DNA of 64,000 nt from Alcanivoracaceae bacterium (GTDB taxonomy: Bacteria; Pseudomonadota; Gammaproteobacteria; Pseudomonadales; Alcanivoracaceae), in NCBI GenBank assembly GCA_046292765.1, contig JBKBQA010000009.1, positions 7,061 to 71,060 on the forward strand. Direction: 5' to 3'. The notes beneath the pieces are model-generated. The model was not told the origin of the DNA, made no database searches, and worked only from the letters and a program-made list of their open reading frames with translations. How positions within the stretch are numbered: the stretch's first letter is position 1; every line of letters begins with the position of its first letter. Position numbers and translations under genes: made by a program. Shown in pieces: positions 27,895 to 40,661 of the stretch.

Positions 27895-28932
27895 ATGACC
27901 GTTGACCTCGGGACCATTTCCGGCGCGGCACTGAACCAGTATCTGGTCAGTGCCCGTGCCGCCGGGGTCGACCCGGCGACGGGGATGGTTCACGCGGGCA
28001 TCGACCCGGCGCTGGCAGAGGACCCGGAAGCCCGCATTCCCGGCATCCAGTTCGAAAATCTGTTGTTGTGGCTTATCGAGACCTCCGGGGACCCGTTGTT
28101 CGGGCTGCACACCTCCCAGTTTGTTCAGCCTGGCTCTTATTCGGTAATGGGCTACATCGCCATGAGCGCCGCCACCCTGTTCGAGGCGCTGTCGAAGGTC
28201 GCGCTCTACGAAAAGCTGGTCGGCGACATGGGCGTAACCGAAACCGTGATGCGTGACGGACTGATCGAGGTACGCTGGATCTGCCGTCACCAGAAGCAGC
28301 CTGCCCGTAGACACCTGATCGAGAACGTACTCGGCTCCTGGGTGCTGTACTCCCGTTGGCTGGCCGGCAATCCTTCGCTGTCGCCGGAGCTGATGCTGTT
28401 CGAACACCCGGCACCGGAGAACCGTCGCCTGCTGGAAGACTACCGGCGCATCTTCGGATGCGAAGTGCGCTTCAACCAACCCTACTCGGCGGTGGTGTCA
28501 CATCCGGACATGCTCCAGCACCGATTACGGCAACCGGACCCGCAACTGCACTCCACCCTGGAAGCGCACGCCGCCAGAAAACTGCAGGCCCTCGGGATCG
28601 AAACAACGCTGGCGCAGAAAGTCCGCAACCGAATCCTGTCCTCCCTGAATGAGCGCCTGCCGCGCAAGGAACAGGTGGCGGAGGATCTTGGCATCAACGT
28701 CCGCACCCTGCATCGGAGACTTCAGGAAGAGCACACCAGCTGGCAGGACATCCTCGATGACCTGCGCCAGGAGCTGTCGCGCAGCTACCTCCGCGACACC
28801 CCCCTGACCCAGATGGAGATCGCCGAGCGGCTCGGCTATTCGGACATCCGCTCCTTCCAGCGCAGCTTCAAGCGCCACAATGGCAGTACGCCGGGCGAGT
28901 ACCGGGATACGAACAAATCATCACAAAATTGA
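27895..28932 (+). CDS. AraC-family transcriptional regulator (OruR/ArgR-like ligand domain)
   Basis: C-terminal double HTH: VRTLHRRLQEE...QMEIAERLGYSDIRSFQRSFKRHNGSTPGEYR. Confidence 0.85.
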   Translation: MTVDLGTISGAALNQYLVSARAAGVDPATGMVHAGIDPALAEDPEARIPGIQFENLLLWLIETSGDPLFGLHTSQFVQPGSYSVMGYIAMSAATLFEALSKVALYEKLVGDMGVTETVMRDGLIEVRWICRHQKQPARRHLIENVLGSWVLYSRWLAGNPSLSPELMLFEHPAPENRRLLEDYRRIFGCEVRFNQPYSAVVSHPDMLQHRLRQPDPQLHSTLEAHAARKLQALGIETTLAQKVRNRILSSLNERLPRKEQVAEDLGINVRTLHRRLQEEHTSWQDILDDLRQELSRSYLRDTPLTQMEIAERLGYSDIRSFQRSFKRHNGSTPGEYRDTNKSSQN

Positions 28933-29013
28933 CCCCATTTGTCGGACAGAAGTACAGGGGGGTCGATGGCAAAGCGCTATACTCCGGGCACTGTCGCATT
29001 CACAGGTGTCTGA

Positions 29014-30477
29014 ATGAAACGCGCCCTGAAACAGCTCGAGAAAGCCATTGATCACGCCACAACCTACGAAGAGTGGCGTGAAGCCAGTCTGGAACATGAC
29101 CGTCTTTCCGGTGCCGATGCCTGGAAGGACATTGATCGCTCCCCGCATTACGACTACGAACTGATCCGCAATCGCCTTGCCCAGATCCGTCAGGCTCGGG
29201 AGCGTAACGACGTCAACAAACTGGTATTCCACTTGCACGAGGGCCTGCACGGCAATCTCGGCAAGATTTCCAATCCGGCCCTCTACAGCTACGCCCGGGT
29301 CGGCACCAAACATCTGATCGAGCGCTATCTGGCCGAGGTCACCGCCGCCCTCGATTACCTCTGCGACAACGAATTCGAAGGCTTCCCTTTCAAGGAAAAG
29401 CTGGATTTCTTTCAGACCACCGGTCAGGCCTTCGGCCAGAGCTGCCTGATGCTGTCCGGCGGCGCCGCCCTCGGCCTGTTTCACATCGGCGTGGCCAAAG
29501 CGCTGTGGGAACAGGGTCTGCTGCCACCTGTAATCTCCGGCTCCAGTGCCGGCTCCATCATCGCCTCGGTGGTGGGCACTCACGACGATTCGGAGCTGCT
29601 GACCAAACTCGAGCCGGAGAACATCTATCTGGAAGCCTTCAAGGTCGTAGGCTGGAAGGGCACACTGCGCGGCAAGCCGGTGCTGGATGGTAATTATCTG
29701 GAAGCCTGCCTGGAGGAAAACATCCTCGACCTGACGTTTGAGGAGGCCTACCGCAAGACCGGCCGAGAAATCAACATAACCGTCAGTCCCTACGACCGCC
29801 ACCAGCACGCCCGCTTGCTAAACTGGCGCACTTCTCCGAACGTGCTGATCCGCAAGGCTTCGCTGGCCTCCTGTGCAATCCCCGGCATCTATCCACCGGT
29901 GACCCTGTGGGCGAAAAACATTGATGGCGAGAAGGTGCCCTATATCCCCAGCCGCAAGTGGGTAGACGGGTCCATCAAGGATGACCTGCCGATCCACCGT
30001 CTGGCCCGTCTGTACGGCGTTAACCACTCCATCGTCAGCCAGACCAATCCTCACGTGGTGCCGTTTCTGGCCCGCAAGGGCGGCGGCCGGATGCTGCCGG
30101 CACTCGGCAATCTGGCACTGCGCAATATCACCATGAATGCCCGCTTCGTGCTCAATCTGGCCCAGCGGCAGGTGCAGTCGAACGACGTCGGCCTGATCCT
30201 CGACAAGGCCGAATCAATCCTCAAGCAGAAGTACTTCGGCGACATCAACCTCATCCCGCCACGGCGGCCGATGAATGTGCTCAAGGTGCTGAGCAACCCG
30301 ACGGTGGAAGACGTGCGCGACTTCATTCGCAACGGCGAACGCACCACTTGGCCGAAGATTGAGCTGGTCCGCAACACCACCAGTATCAGCTGCACCTTCC
30401 GCAGTTGCCTGCAGCGACTCGACCGACTGGAAACCGAAAAATTGCGTCACCTGCGACTGATCCGCAAGGAAGGGTAA
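29014..30477 (+). CDS. Patatin-like phospholipase with N-terminal DUF3336-type region
   Basis: LMLSGGAALGLFHIGV (oxyanion Gly-rich loop), the nucleophile elbow GSSAGS, and a catalytic Asp region WVDGS. Confidence 0.85.
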   Translation: MKRALKQLEKAIDHATTYEEWREASLEHDRLSGADAWKDIDRSPHYDYELIRNRLAQIRQARERNDVNKLVFHLHEGLHGNLGKISNPALYSYARVGTKHLIERYLAEVTAALDYLCDNEFEGFPFKEKLDFFQTTGQAFGQSCLMLSGGAALGLFHIGVAKALWEQGLLPPVISGSSAGSIIASVVGTHDDSELLTKLEPENIYLEAFKVVGWKGTLRGKPVLDGNYLEACLEENILDLTFEEAYRKTGREINITVSPYDRHQHARLLNWRTSPNVLIRKASLASCAIPGIYPPVTLWAKNIDGEKVPYIPSRKWVDGSIKDDLPIHRLARLYGVNHSIVSQTNPHVVPFLARKGGGRMLPALGNLALRNITMNARFVLNLAQRQVQSNDVGLILDKAESILKQKYFGDINLIPPRRPMNVLKVLSNPTVEDVRDFIRNGERTTWPKIELVRNTTSISCTFRSCLQRLDRLETEKLRHLRLIRKEG

Positions 30478-30810
30478 CCAGCGGACGCCCAAACGTATAC
30501 CGCCCGTCGGCTGCTCCCCTGTTTCAGGGTTGTCTGGGGGCAATCTCCTGCCTAGGATACGAATATCGTCCTAGGCAGGAGGCTTCCCGTGCAAGGAATG
30601 TGCACAACGACACGGATTTCAATAGGGGCCATGAATAGACTGCCGCCCCCCGGTGGTTTGTTATACTCTCCCCGCGGCAACGACCCTGTCCCCAAGCCCC
30701 TGCTTCTTTTGCAACCTGGCCGGACCGGCGGCGGTGATTACCAGGTGGCTGGCTTCGATCTCGCCAGCAGGGATTGTGTATCCAGACAGGCCCATGGAGG
30801 GTCCTGAAGC

Positions 30811-33126
<2,316 letters not shown>

Positions 33127-33195
33127 TCCCCCGCTCAACACTTGCCCGCCGATCCGGCCACCCCGATAATGCCGGCCGAATCAGCGGAGACCCCC

Positions 33196-33675
33196 ATGAC
33201 CATCGAAGCCGGCAAGGTTGTCCAGTTCCACTACGACCTCTACATCAACGACGACAGAATCGAGAGCTCCCGCGACAGTGATCCGATGGCCTACCTGCAC
33301 GGTGCCGGCAATATCATCAGCGGTCTGGAGAAGGCCCTGGCCGGCCGCCAGAGCGGCGACCATGTCGACGTCACCATCGCCCCGCAGGATGCTTATGGGC
33401 TGCGTGAGGAGAACCGTATCCAGCGGGTGCCGGCAAAATACCTGAAGCACGCAGGCAAATTGAAGCCCGGTATGCGCGTGCAGGTAAACACCGATCAGGG
33501 CCAGCGCCTGGTCACAGTCATCAAGGTTGGCCTGAAGGCCGTGGATGTCGATGGCAATCACCCGCTGGCCGGCGAGACATTGCGCTTTGTCGTCGACATC
33601 GTCGATATCCGTGACGCCAGCGCCGAGGAGAAGGCCCACGGTCACGCCCATGGGGTTGGCGGTCACCATCACTGA
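33196..33675 (+). CDS. slyD: FKBP-type peptidyl-prolyl isomerase SlyD
   Basis: MTIEAGKVVQFHYDLY..., NHPLAGETLRFVVDIVDIR, and a His-rich tail HGHAHGVGGHHH. Confidence 0.9.
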   Translation: MTIEAGKVVQFHYDLYINDDRIESSRDSDPMAYLHGAGNIISGLEKALAGRQSGDHVDVTIAPQDAYGLREENRIQRVPAKYLKHAGKLKPGMRVQVNTDQGQRLVTVIKVGLKAVDVDGNHPLAGETLRFVVDIVDIRDASAEEKAHGHAHGVGGHHH

Positions 33676-33687
33676 GCCGGGAAATAG

Positions 33688-33714
33688 AAAAAGGCTGCCG
33701 TCGGCAGCCTTTTT
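33688..33714 (+). terminator. Rho-independent terminator after slyD
   Basis: AAAAAGGCTGCCGTCGGCAGCCTTTTT: a GC stem followed by a T-run. Confidence 0.8.
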
Positions 33715-33718
33715 AGTC

Positions 33719-33792
33719 TGGAGCGGGTGAAGGGAATCGAACCCTCGTATGCAGCTTGGGAAGCTGCCGTTCTACCATTGAACTACACCCGC
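33719..33792 (-). tRNA. tRNA-Gly (anticodon CCC)
   Basis: The reverse complement folds as GCGGGTG TA GTTC AATGGTA GAAC G GCAGC TTCCCAA GCTGC ATAC GAGGG TTCGATT CCCTT CACCCGC TCCA. Confidence 0.95.
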
Positions 33793-33881
33793 GTCGGAGC
33801 GCGATTGTGAAACAGCCCGCAGTACCGGTCAATCAGCAAGGGCGCTATTCTCACGGACTTGATCAACAGGCAGGAACCCGC

Positions 33882-34874
33882 ATGGCACGCACCGCGTTCG
33901 TTACTGGTGGCACCGGCTTTCTTGGCGGCCACATTATCGGCCAGCTGAAACGTGACGGCTGGCGTGTGGTCGCACTGCACCGCCCGGAAACGGATCCCTC
34001 CCCGCTGAAACGACTGGGCGCTGAACCGGTACCCGGGCGCCTTGATGATGCCGCCAGCCTCCTTGCGGCCGTGCCGGAAATGGCGGATGCGGTATTTCAT
34101 ACAGCTGCCAATACCTCCATGTGGCGTCGCCAGAACGACGCCCAAACACGCGATAACGTGGTCGGCACCCGCAATATGGTCAACACCGCCATGCGCAAGA
34201 ATGCCCACCGCTTTATCCATACTTCGTCAATTTCGGCTTGGGGCATCCAGTCGCAACGGATTGATGAGTCGACACCATCAAATGCCACCCACGACTGGAT
34301 CAACTACAACCGCACCAAGTACCTGGCCGAGCAAGAAGTACGTGCTGCCATCCGCCAGGGACTTGACGCCGTGATCCTGAACCCCTGCGGCATCATCGGC
34401 GCCGGCGACCGGCACAACTGGTCGCAGATGATCGGTCTGATTGATCAGGGCAAGCTGCCGGGTGTGCCACCGGGCAGCGGCAATTTTTGCGATGTGCGGG
34501 AAGTTGCCATGGCGCATCTTTCAGCCTGGGACCGCGGCGAGCGCGGCGCCAACTACATCCTGGCCGGCGTTGAGGCGAGCTTTCTTGAGCTGGCGCGTAC
34601 CATCGCCCACCTGCTCGAACGCCGGGCACCCCGTCATGCCATCCCCAAAGCTGTGTTACGTATTGCCGGTCATCTCTACCCGCTCGCCTCACTGGTGACT
34701 GGCAAGGAACCGGACCTGACGCCGGAAAAAGTGGCGCTTGTTACCAACCGGGTGGCTGCAGATGGCAGCCGTGCCGTGCGCGAACTGGGCTTCAACGATC
34801 AGGTGCCGCTCGATATCATGCTGCGCGAATGCATCGACTGGATGCGTAGCGAAGGCCTGCTGGCCGCTCGCTGA
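33882..34874 (+). CDS. NAD-dependent epimerase/dehydratase (extended SDR)
   Basis: MARTAFVTGGTGFLGGHI Rossmann motif and catalytic YNRTK. The upstream part of the track ORF overlaps the tRNA and is not credible. Confidence 0.85.
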   Translation: MARTAFVTGGTGFLGGHIIGQLKRDGWRVVALHRPETDPSPLKRLGAEPVPGRLDDAASLLAAVPEMADAVFHTAANTSMWRRQNDAQTRDNVVGTRNMVNTAMRKNAHRFIHTSSISAWGIQSQRIDESTPSNATHDWINYNRTKYLAEQEVRAAIRQGLDAVILNPCGIIGAGDRHNWSQMIGLIDQGKLPGVPPGSGNFCDVREVAMAHLSAWDRGERGANYILAGVEASFLELARTIAHLLERRAPRHAIPKAVLRIAGHLYPLASLVTGKEPDLTPEKVALVTNRVAADGSRAVRELGFNDQVPLDIMLRECIDWMRSEGLLAAR

Positions 34875-34899
34875 TCATCATTGCCCCTGACGGACCACC

Positions 34900-36087
34900 A
34901 TGACAGCCGGCCCGGTTGCCCGATTCTGTTTCGATCACCTTGATGAATTGCTGAGCCGCTGGCAGTACCTGTGGCAACCGGCACCCTTTATCGATCTCGC
35001 ACCAGAGTGGGCGCGCAAGCATCCACTCCTGTATGACAGCCTGCTGTCGCTTGGTGACGCCCACTACCAGCATCTTGTCGCCGACGAGGCGGCCTGCCTG
35101 AGATGGCTGACGACCCTGCTGCCAGCGCTGGGCGAACTGTCATCCTCGCGTCTGGAACAAGAACCTGAGCCGGCACTGCCCCTGCCGCTGAGTGCCAGCG
35201 TACCCGGACGCAAGCAGGGTCAGGTAAGCGCGTTTGTCGCTGCCACAGCGCCAGCAGGCTCTCACTTGCTGGAATGGTGCGCTGGTCAGGGATGGCTGCT
35301 GGAGGGACTGGCGCGGCGCTACCCGGCGCGAGTTCTGGAAGGTGTCGAGTGGCAACCGCGACTATGTGCGCAGGGCAACCTGCGACTTCAGCACGTCGGC
35401 ACCCGAGCCCGACTCTATTGCGGCGACGTACTTGAAGGTGGTGCGGCACTCACCCCGGCCTATTCGGTGCTGGCGCTCCATGCCTGCGGCCATTTGCATC
35501 AGGCACTGGTGAGGCAAACCGTTATCGCACAACCACGGGATATCGCGCTGTCGCCCTGCTGTTTCCATCTCGGCGAACGCCACGCCCTGTCACAGAAGGC
35601 ACAACAGGCACGACTCGATGCCGCCAGCATCGACCGTCATCTGGCCGTGCAGGACACCAGCATCGGCCATGGCAATCGTCAACGGCGTGCGGAAAAAAGC
35701 AGCCAGTGGCGACTCGGCTACGAATTGATGCGTCGACATGTCACTGGCGATAACCATTATCGTCCGATGCCATCCTGGCCCGGGGAGCTTTGGCAGGGAC
35801 AGTTCGCCGACTTCTGTCATCACTGCGCCCGCCATCATGGCGTGTCCCTGAGCGCTGACATCGATTTTGAACATTGGCTGCGTCAAGGCGAACAGCGGCA
35901 TCGGTGCGTGCGTCGGCTGGAGCTGGTAAGGAGGCAGTTCCGTCGCTTGCTGGAATGGTGGCTAGTACTGGATCTCGGCTGGTATCTGGTCGAACACGGC
36001 TATGCAGTAGATATCCGGCCGTTCTGTGCTCCCTCACTCACACCCCGCAATCTGCTGTTGCAGGCGCGGCGGCGTGATGACGTCTAG
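34900..36087 (+). CDS. Putative class I SAM-dependent methyltransferase
   Basis: LEWCAGQGWLLEGL (motif I-like) and LALHACGHLH. The function is otherwise unknown. Confidence 0.6.
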   Translation: MTAGPVARFCFDHLDELLSRWQYLWQPAPFIDLAPEWARKHPLLYDSLLSLGDAHYQHLVADEAACLRWLTTLLPALGELSSSRLEQEPEPALPLPLSASVPGRKQGQVSAFVAATAPAGSHLLEWCAGQGWLLEGLARRYPARVLEGVEWQPRLCAQGNLRLQHVGTRARLYCGDVLEGGAALTPAYSVLALHACGHLHQALVRQTVIAQPRDIALSPCCFHLGERHALSQKAQQARLDAASIDRHLAVQDTSIGHGNRQRRAEKSSQWRLGYELMRRHVTGDNHYRPMPSWPGELWQGQFADFCHHCARHHGVSLSADIDFEHWLRQGEQRHRCVRRLELVRRQFRRLLEWWLVLDLGWYLVEHGYAVDIRPFCAPSLTPRNLLLQARRRDDV

Positions 36088-37076
36088 CGCACCGCTTGCC
36101 AGACCCGAAAACGACGGTTCTCCGCTAGCACGGATACCTGCCGAAAGGCCTGCTGCAACCATTCGCCGTAGGGCAGCCCCTGATTGGCAACCAGTATCAG
36201 ACGACCCTGCTCACGCAGATAACGTGGTGCGTCGAGAATCAACTGCTGGCTGACGGCTGTGGTCCGGTGCATACCGTCATGAAAGGGCGGATTCGTGATG
36301 ATCAGATCAAAACGCCCACTTATTGGCGCATAGAGATCGCCAGCCAGCACCGTAGCGCTGAGACCATTCGCAGCCAGCGTCGCCCGGGTGGCCGCCGCTG
36401 CCGTGGCACTGAGGTCCACCGCGGTCACCGATATTCCGGCGCGTGCCAGTACTGAACTGATAATGCCGGCACCACAACCGATATCCAGTACGCAGCTGCC
36501 GGCTGAAGGCATGGCCAGCTTGTTCAGGAACAACTTGTCCAGTAACAGTGTGTCCAGCAACAGCGCGGTCCCGTCATCCAGGCGCCCATGGCTGAATACG
36601 CCGGGCAGGCTTTCCACACGCAGGTTGTCGTACTGCCAATGGCGGCGAAACTCGTCAAGCGTGAATGGCGCCGGACGTAGCCGTGCACTGAAAAGCTTAC
36701 AATGCCGGGCGCTGTCCTCGGCCACCACCGTATCCGCATAATCGGCCAAATCGGAGGCACCTCCGCGGATGCCGCCTTTGGCCGCCCCCACCAGCCAGAC
36801 CGTTAGCGGCGCCCGAATCTGACCCGCCAGAGAGGCCAGCAGCAATCGTAGCCGCTCCCGCGATTTTGGCAGGATAACGATGGCGAGGTCCGTTCCCTCC
36901 GGCAGCACGGGCAACCAGTCAGGCTGCCGGCCAGGCAAACTGCTGTCGTCACTGTGCAGCGCCAGCGTACGAGTCGGCAGCTGCGCCACTGCCGGATCAT
37001 CGGCATCCACAATCAGGACTCGATGCTGGGCAAGCGTCGCCTCGTGGCGCTGCAACAGACGGGTGGTGTTCTCCAT
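36084..37076 (-). CDS. rsmC: 16S rRNA (guanine1207-N2)-methyltransferase RsmC
   Basis: Two-domain methyltransferase with VLDIGCGAGIIS and ITNPPFHDG. Confidence 0.85.
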   Translation of the reverse strand: MENTTRLLQRHEATLAQHRVLIVDADDPAVAQLPTRTLALHSDDSSLPGRQPDWLPVLPEGTDLAIVILPKSRERLRLLLASLAGQIRAPLTVWLVGAAKGGIRGGASDLADYADTVVAEDSARHCKLFSARLRPAPFTLDEFRRHWQYDNLRVESLPGVFSHGRLDDGTALLLDTLLLDKLFLNKLAMPSAGSCVLDIGCGAGIISSVLARAGISVTAVDLSATAAAATRATLAANGLSATVLAGDLYAPISGRFDLIITNPPFHDGMHRTTAVSQQLILDAPRYLREQGRLILVANQGLPYGEWLQQAFRQVSVLAENRRFRVWQAVR

Positions 37077-37180
37077 GACAGGGGTCCGGCCTAGTTAAAC
37101 AGGCGGCAGTATAACCCCGGAGGTCGCAGACCACAGCGCAACACCCTACACTCAGTGCCATTCCAGCCTGAGCCCCGTTC

Positions 37181-38581
37181 ATGATCCGAGCCGCCCAGCC
37201 CTCCTGCCTGCCGTTATTGCTTGTTTTGGTGCTTGTATCGGCACCTGTACTGGCGCTTGTGTTGATTAGCCCGCTGGCAGCGGCCGACAGTCTGGAGTGC
37301 CGGAGCTGGCTGGAGCAGCAGCGGACACAACTCGATGCTGCCGACATCCTTGATGCCGGCAGTGTTCCCGTCGAAGGTCATCCGCATCTGCGGGTCGATC
37401 GCTGGTTGGCATTCCTGCATGGTGAAGTCAAAACGCCGGCGGCCGAGCAAGTCTGGCTGAATCTTGCCGCCGCCGAAGGCCTGCGGGCCTGGCAGGCCGA
37501 ACTCCGACGCCTGCATGGCGGCGGCGGCGACTGGGAAGACCGGCTCGCGCTCTGCAGCCACTCGATGACGCGCCATACCAGCTTCTACGGCGTTTCAGCG
37601 CCATCGGTACCAGACAGCTATGCGACATGGCAACGGGTACTCGGGGTCTATCCGCTGGCAAAGATCGCAGCCAGCCCCTCCCTGCGTCGCTATCAACGTG
37701 ACATGACGGAGCGCTTCCACCGTCCGGTCCGGCTGCCGTTACACCACTACCTGCCGGAGCCTTTCAAAGGCAATGTACCCACCCCGGGTGAGTTGGCCCC
37801 CAATGCCCTCGACCTGCCCATTCCTCGCGGTGCCACTCGCGACGCCATGCTGGCTCACTATGCCCCGGTATTGAGCATCGCCGATCCCAAAGAAGTAAAT
37901 CGCCCTGGCACCGTCTATCTCGAGGGCGGCGTCCCCGGCATCGACAGCGAGCACGCGGTGGCCTACCAGTGGCTCAGCTGGACCCGCTACCGCGGCCACA
38001 ATCTGCTCCAGCTGAACTACCAGTTCTGGTTCAGCCGAAGACCGGCCAAAGGCCGCTTCGACATCTACGCCGGCGAGCTCGACGGGGTAATCTGGCGCGT
38101 CACCCTGAAGCCGGACGGCAACGTGCTGTACTACGACTCCATTCACTCCTGCGGCTGTTATCACAAGGTGTTCCCGGTTGCCCGAGGGCTCTATCCGGCA
38201 TCCGCTGGCGGTGACCGCCCGGTCTACTACCCGGAACTGGCGCCCGACGCGGCCAGAGAGCGGATCAGCCTGCTGCTGGAACCGGATACTCACTATCTGG
38301 TGCGAGTGGCTGCATTCCGCCCGGAGGGCGAGCTACATCGCTACCAGAGTCTCGACGCGGACCGGCTACGCCAGCTCGATGATCGCCAGGGTGGTTTTGG
38401 CAGCCTCTACGACCACCGTGGACTGGTTCCGGCATCGCGCCGACCGGAGCGCTTGCTGCTTTGGCCCCTCGGCGTGCCCTCCGCCGGCGCGATGCGCCAG
38501 CCCGGCCGACATGCTGTTGCCTTTGTCGGCAAGCGACACTTTGATGACCCGCAGCTACCGGACGCGCTGTTCCGTCGGTAA
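37181..38581 (+). CDS. Conserved-looking secreted hypothetical protein
   Basis: 466-aa ORF with an N-terminal hydrophobic signal/anchor. I recognise no motif. Contains HSCGCYHK. Confidence 0.6.
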   Translation: MIRAAQPSCLPLLLVLVLVSAPVLALVLISPLAAADSLECRSWLEQQRTQLDAADILDAGSVPVEGHPHLRVDRWLAFLHGEVKTPAAEQVWLNLAAAEGLRAWQAELRRLHGGGGDWEDRLALCSHSMTRHTSFYGVSAPSVPDSYATWQRVLGVYPLAKIAASPSLRRYQRDMTERFHRPVRLPLHHYLPEPFKGNVPTPGELAPNALDLPIPRGATRDAMLAHYAPVLSIADPKEVNRPGTVYLEGGVPGIDSEHAVAYQWLSWTRYRGHNLLQLNYQFWFSRRPAKGRFDIYAGELDGVIWRVTLKPDGNVLYYDSIHSCGCYHKVFPVARGLYPASAGGDRPVYYPELAPDAARERISLLLEPDTHYLVRVAAFRPEGELHRYQSLDADRLRQLDDRQGGFGSLYDHRGLVPASRRPERLLLWPLGVPSAGAMRQPGRHAVAFVGKRHFDDPQLPDALFRR

Positions 38582-38670
38582 AAGTTACGAAATATCACGG
38601 GACGCCGGCGTTTTACCGGCGTTATGATGATTTCTGTTGGTTCACACTTTTAGCTGCGGGAGTTTGCCCC

Positions 38671-40617
38671 ATGTTCGCCCCAATGATGCGCCGATGCCTT
38701 GTGCTCTGTGCCGCCCTGCTGCCCGGTATTTCTGCGGCAACAGCGGATGATCGGGCGAGACAGTTCGGGCTTGCACTCGAGGCTGCCCGTCAAAGCCAGT
38801 GGGCACAGCTTGATCGCCACCAGAAAGCCCTCGGTGACGACGTTGCCCTGCAGGGGTATCTTGATTTTCATCGCCTGCGTGCCCGCCTCCACAGTGCCTC
38901 GCTGGAAGAGGTGCTCGGCTACCTGCGCAAGTACGACGACTCACCGCTGGCCGACAGCATGCGTCGTGTCGCCATGGATCATTATGGTCAGCGCAAGCAG
39001 TGGGCATCACTGCAGGCAGTCAGCGCCGGCGTCCCGGGCCCGCTGGCGCTGCGCTGCTATTACTATCAGGCCATGCTCGCCGAAGAGCGCGAGCGGGCGC
39101 TGGAAGACGCGCACCAGTTGTGGCTGAGTGGCCAGACCCGTCCGACCGCCTGCGATCCGCTGTTTGATGCCTTGAAAGCGAGCGGCGAACTCAGCGACGA
39201 ACTGCTCTGGCAACGGTTTCTGCTCGCCGCCCGAAGCAACAATGATGGCCTGATGCGGTTCCTCCGTAGCGAGCTGCGCGATCCTGCGTGGCGCGCTCGC
39301 ACGGATAGTGTGTTCCGGTACCTGCAACACCCGGAACAGATTCGGCATCTGGATGTGGGCGCTCATCACGGCGATATCGTCGCCGTGATTCTCGATCGAC
39401 TGGCTGAGCGGCAACCGGAGGAGGCGCGCCGGGTGTTGCCCATGCTGGCGAAGCGGCATGAACTCAGCGAGCCACAGCAACTGCAGATCAGCGAGCGTAT
39501 TGCCTGGTTCTCAACCATTCGCGACCTGCCAGAGAACCGTGCCTGGCTGGATCAATATCTGGCCGAGCATGGCGAGCTTCGCACACTGGAGCAACGCGCC
39601 CGGCGCGCCGTGATCGAACAGGATTGGGATGGCCTCGAGCGCTGGGTCAATCGCCTGCCCGCTCGCGACCGCACCAGTCCACGCTGGCGTTACTGGCTGG
39701 CCCGCGCCTATGAGGCCCGCGACAATGACGAGATGGCCCAGCGATATTACCGCCTCGCCGCCAGTGGTCGCTCATTCTGGGGATTCCTCGCTGCCGACCG
39801 GCTGGGCCTGCCACCAGCCCTGAACCTGCGCCCTGCGCTGGAAGAAGACATTACCCTGAGTGAACGCGCCGAACGGGTGCTGACACGGGTCGATATGCTG
39901 CTCGCCATCGGCGAGGCCGGTCACGCCCGTGAAGAATGGCTGTTCCTGTTGCGTCACCTCGATGACAGCAGCCAGCAAGATGCACTGGCACGCATTGCGA
40001 TAGAGCGCGGCTGGCCGCATCTGGCCATCGAGACTGCACTGCACACCGGGCGTCATGACGTTCTCGACTGGCGCTTCCCGCTGGCACAGCAGCAGGCGTT
40101 TGAAGCAGCCTCGGCAAAATACGGTGTCGACAGCTGGTTGCTGATGGCTATCGCCCGCCGCGAAAGCGCCTTCAACCCGCAGGCCCGTTCCCACGCCGGT
40201 GCCATGGGTCTGATGCAACTGATGCCCGGCACAGCGCGGGACATGGCGCGTCAGGCGGGCGTTGCACTGCGTAACAACGACTCGGTGTTTGACCCGGCCG
40301 TCAACATTGAGCTGGGCAGTCGCTATATGGCCAGAATGATGCAGCGTTACGGCGGCAATCGTGTACTGGCACTGGCCGCCTACAACGCCGGCCCGCATCG
40401 AGTGGATCGCTGGCTGGATGAGAGCCACACCCCGTACGATGTGTTCATCGAGTCAATTCCATTCCATGAGACCCGCGAGTATGTTCAAGCGGTGCTGGCC
40501 TACCGGGTGATCCTGTCGCGTCATCAACCGGATCAACCGCTGTTGGCGCTGCTCAATGAACGGGAGACCGCTCGTCCCTACACCCCGATGCAACTGGCCG
40601 CCAACCAGGCACGCTGA
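38671..40617 (+). CDS. slt: Soluble lytic murein transglycosylase (Slt70 family)
   Basis: Signal peptide, a superhelical N-terminal domain, and the catalytic ESAFNPQARSHAGAMGLMQLMPGTA. Confidence 0.9.
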   Translation: MFAPMMRRCLVLCAALLPGISAATADDRARQFGLALEAARQSQWAQLDRHQKALGDDVALQGYLDFHRLRARLHSASLEEVLGYLRKYDDSPLADSMRRVAMDHYGQRKQWASLQAVSAGVPGPLALRCYYYQAMLAEERERALEDAHQLWLSGQTRPTACDPLFDALKASGELSDELLWQRFLLAARSNNDGLMRFLRSELRDPAWRARTDSVFRYLQHPEQIRHLDVGAHHGDIVAVILDRLAERQPEEARRVLPMLAKRHELSEPQQLQISERIAWFSTIRDLPENRAWLDQYLAEHGELRTLEQRARRAVIEQDWDGLERWVNRLPARDRTSPRWRYWLARAYEARDNDEMAQRYYRLAASGRSFWGFLAADRLGLPPALNLRPALEEDITLSERAERVLTRVDMLLAIGEAGHAREEWLFLLRHLDDSSQQDALARIAIERGWPHLAIETALHTGRHDVLDWRFPLAQQQAFEAASAKYGVDSWLLMAIARRESAFNPQARSHAGAMGLMQLMPGTARDMARQAGVALRNNDSVFDPAVNIELGSRYMARMMQRYGGNRVLALAAYNAGPHRVDRWLDESHTPYDVFIESIPFHETREYVQAVLAYRVILSRHQPDQPLLALLNERETARPYTPMQLAANQAR

Positions 40618-40635
40618 CACCGCCTCTCCATGGAT

Positions 40636-40661
40636 AGCGCGAGTTGTTAAGCGCGCTTTTT
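40636..40661 (+). terminator. Candidate terminator after slt, overlapping the stop codon of the convergent gene
   Basis: AGCGCG / CGCGCT stem followed by TTTT. Confidence 0.45.

Noticed and set aside
27151-28479. 442-aa minus-strand ORF opposite the SIMPL and AraC genes
   Set aside because: It is a shadow ORF: Gly/Arg/His-rich with no motifs, and it fully overlaps two well-supported plus-strand genes.
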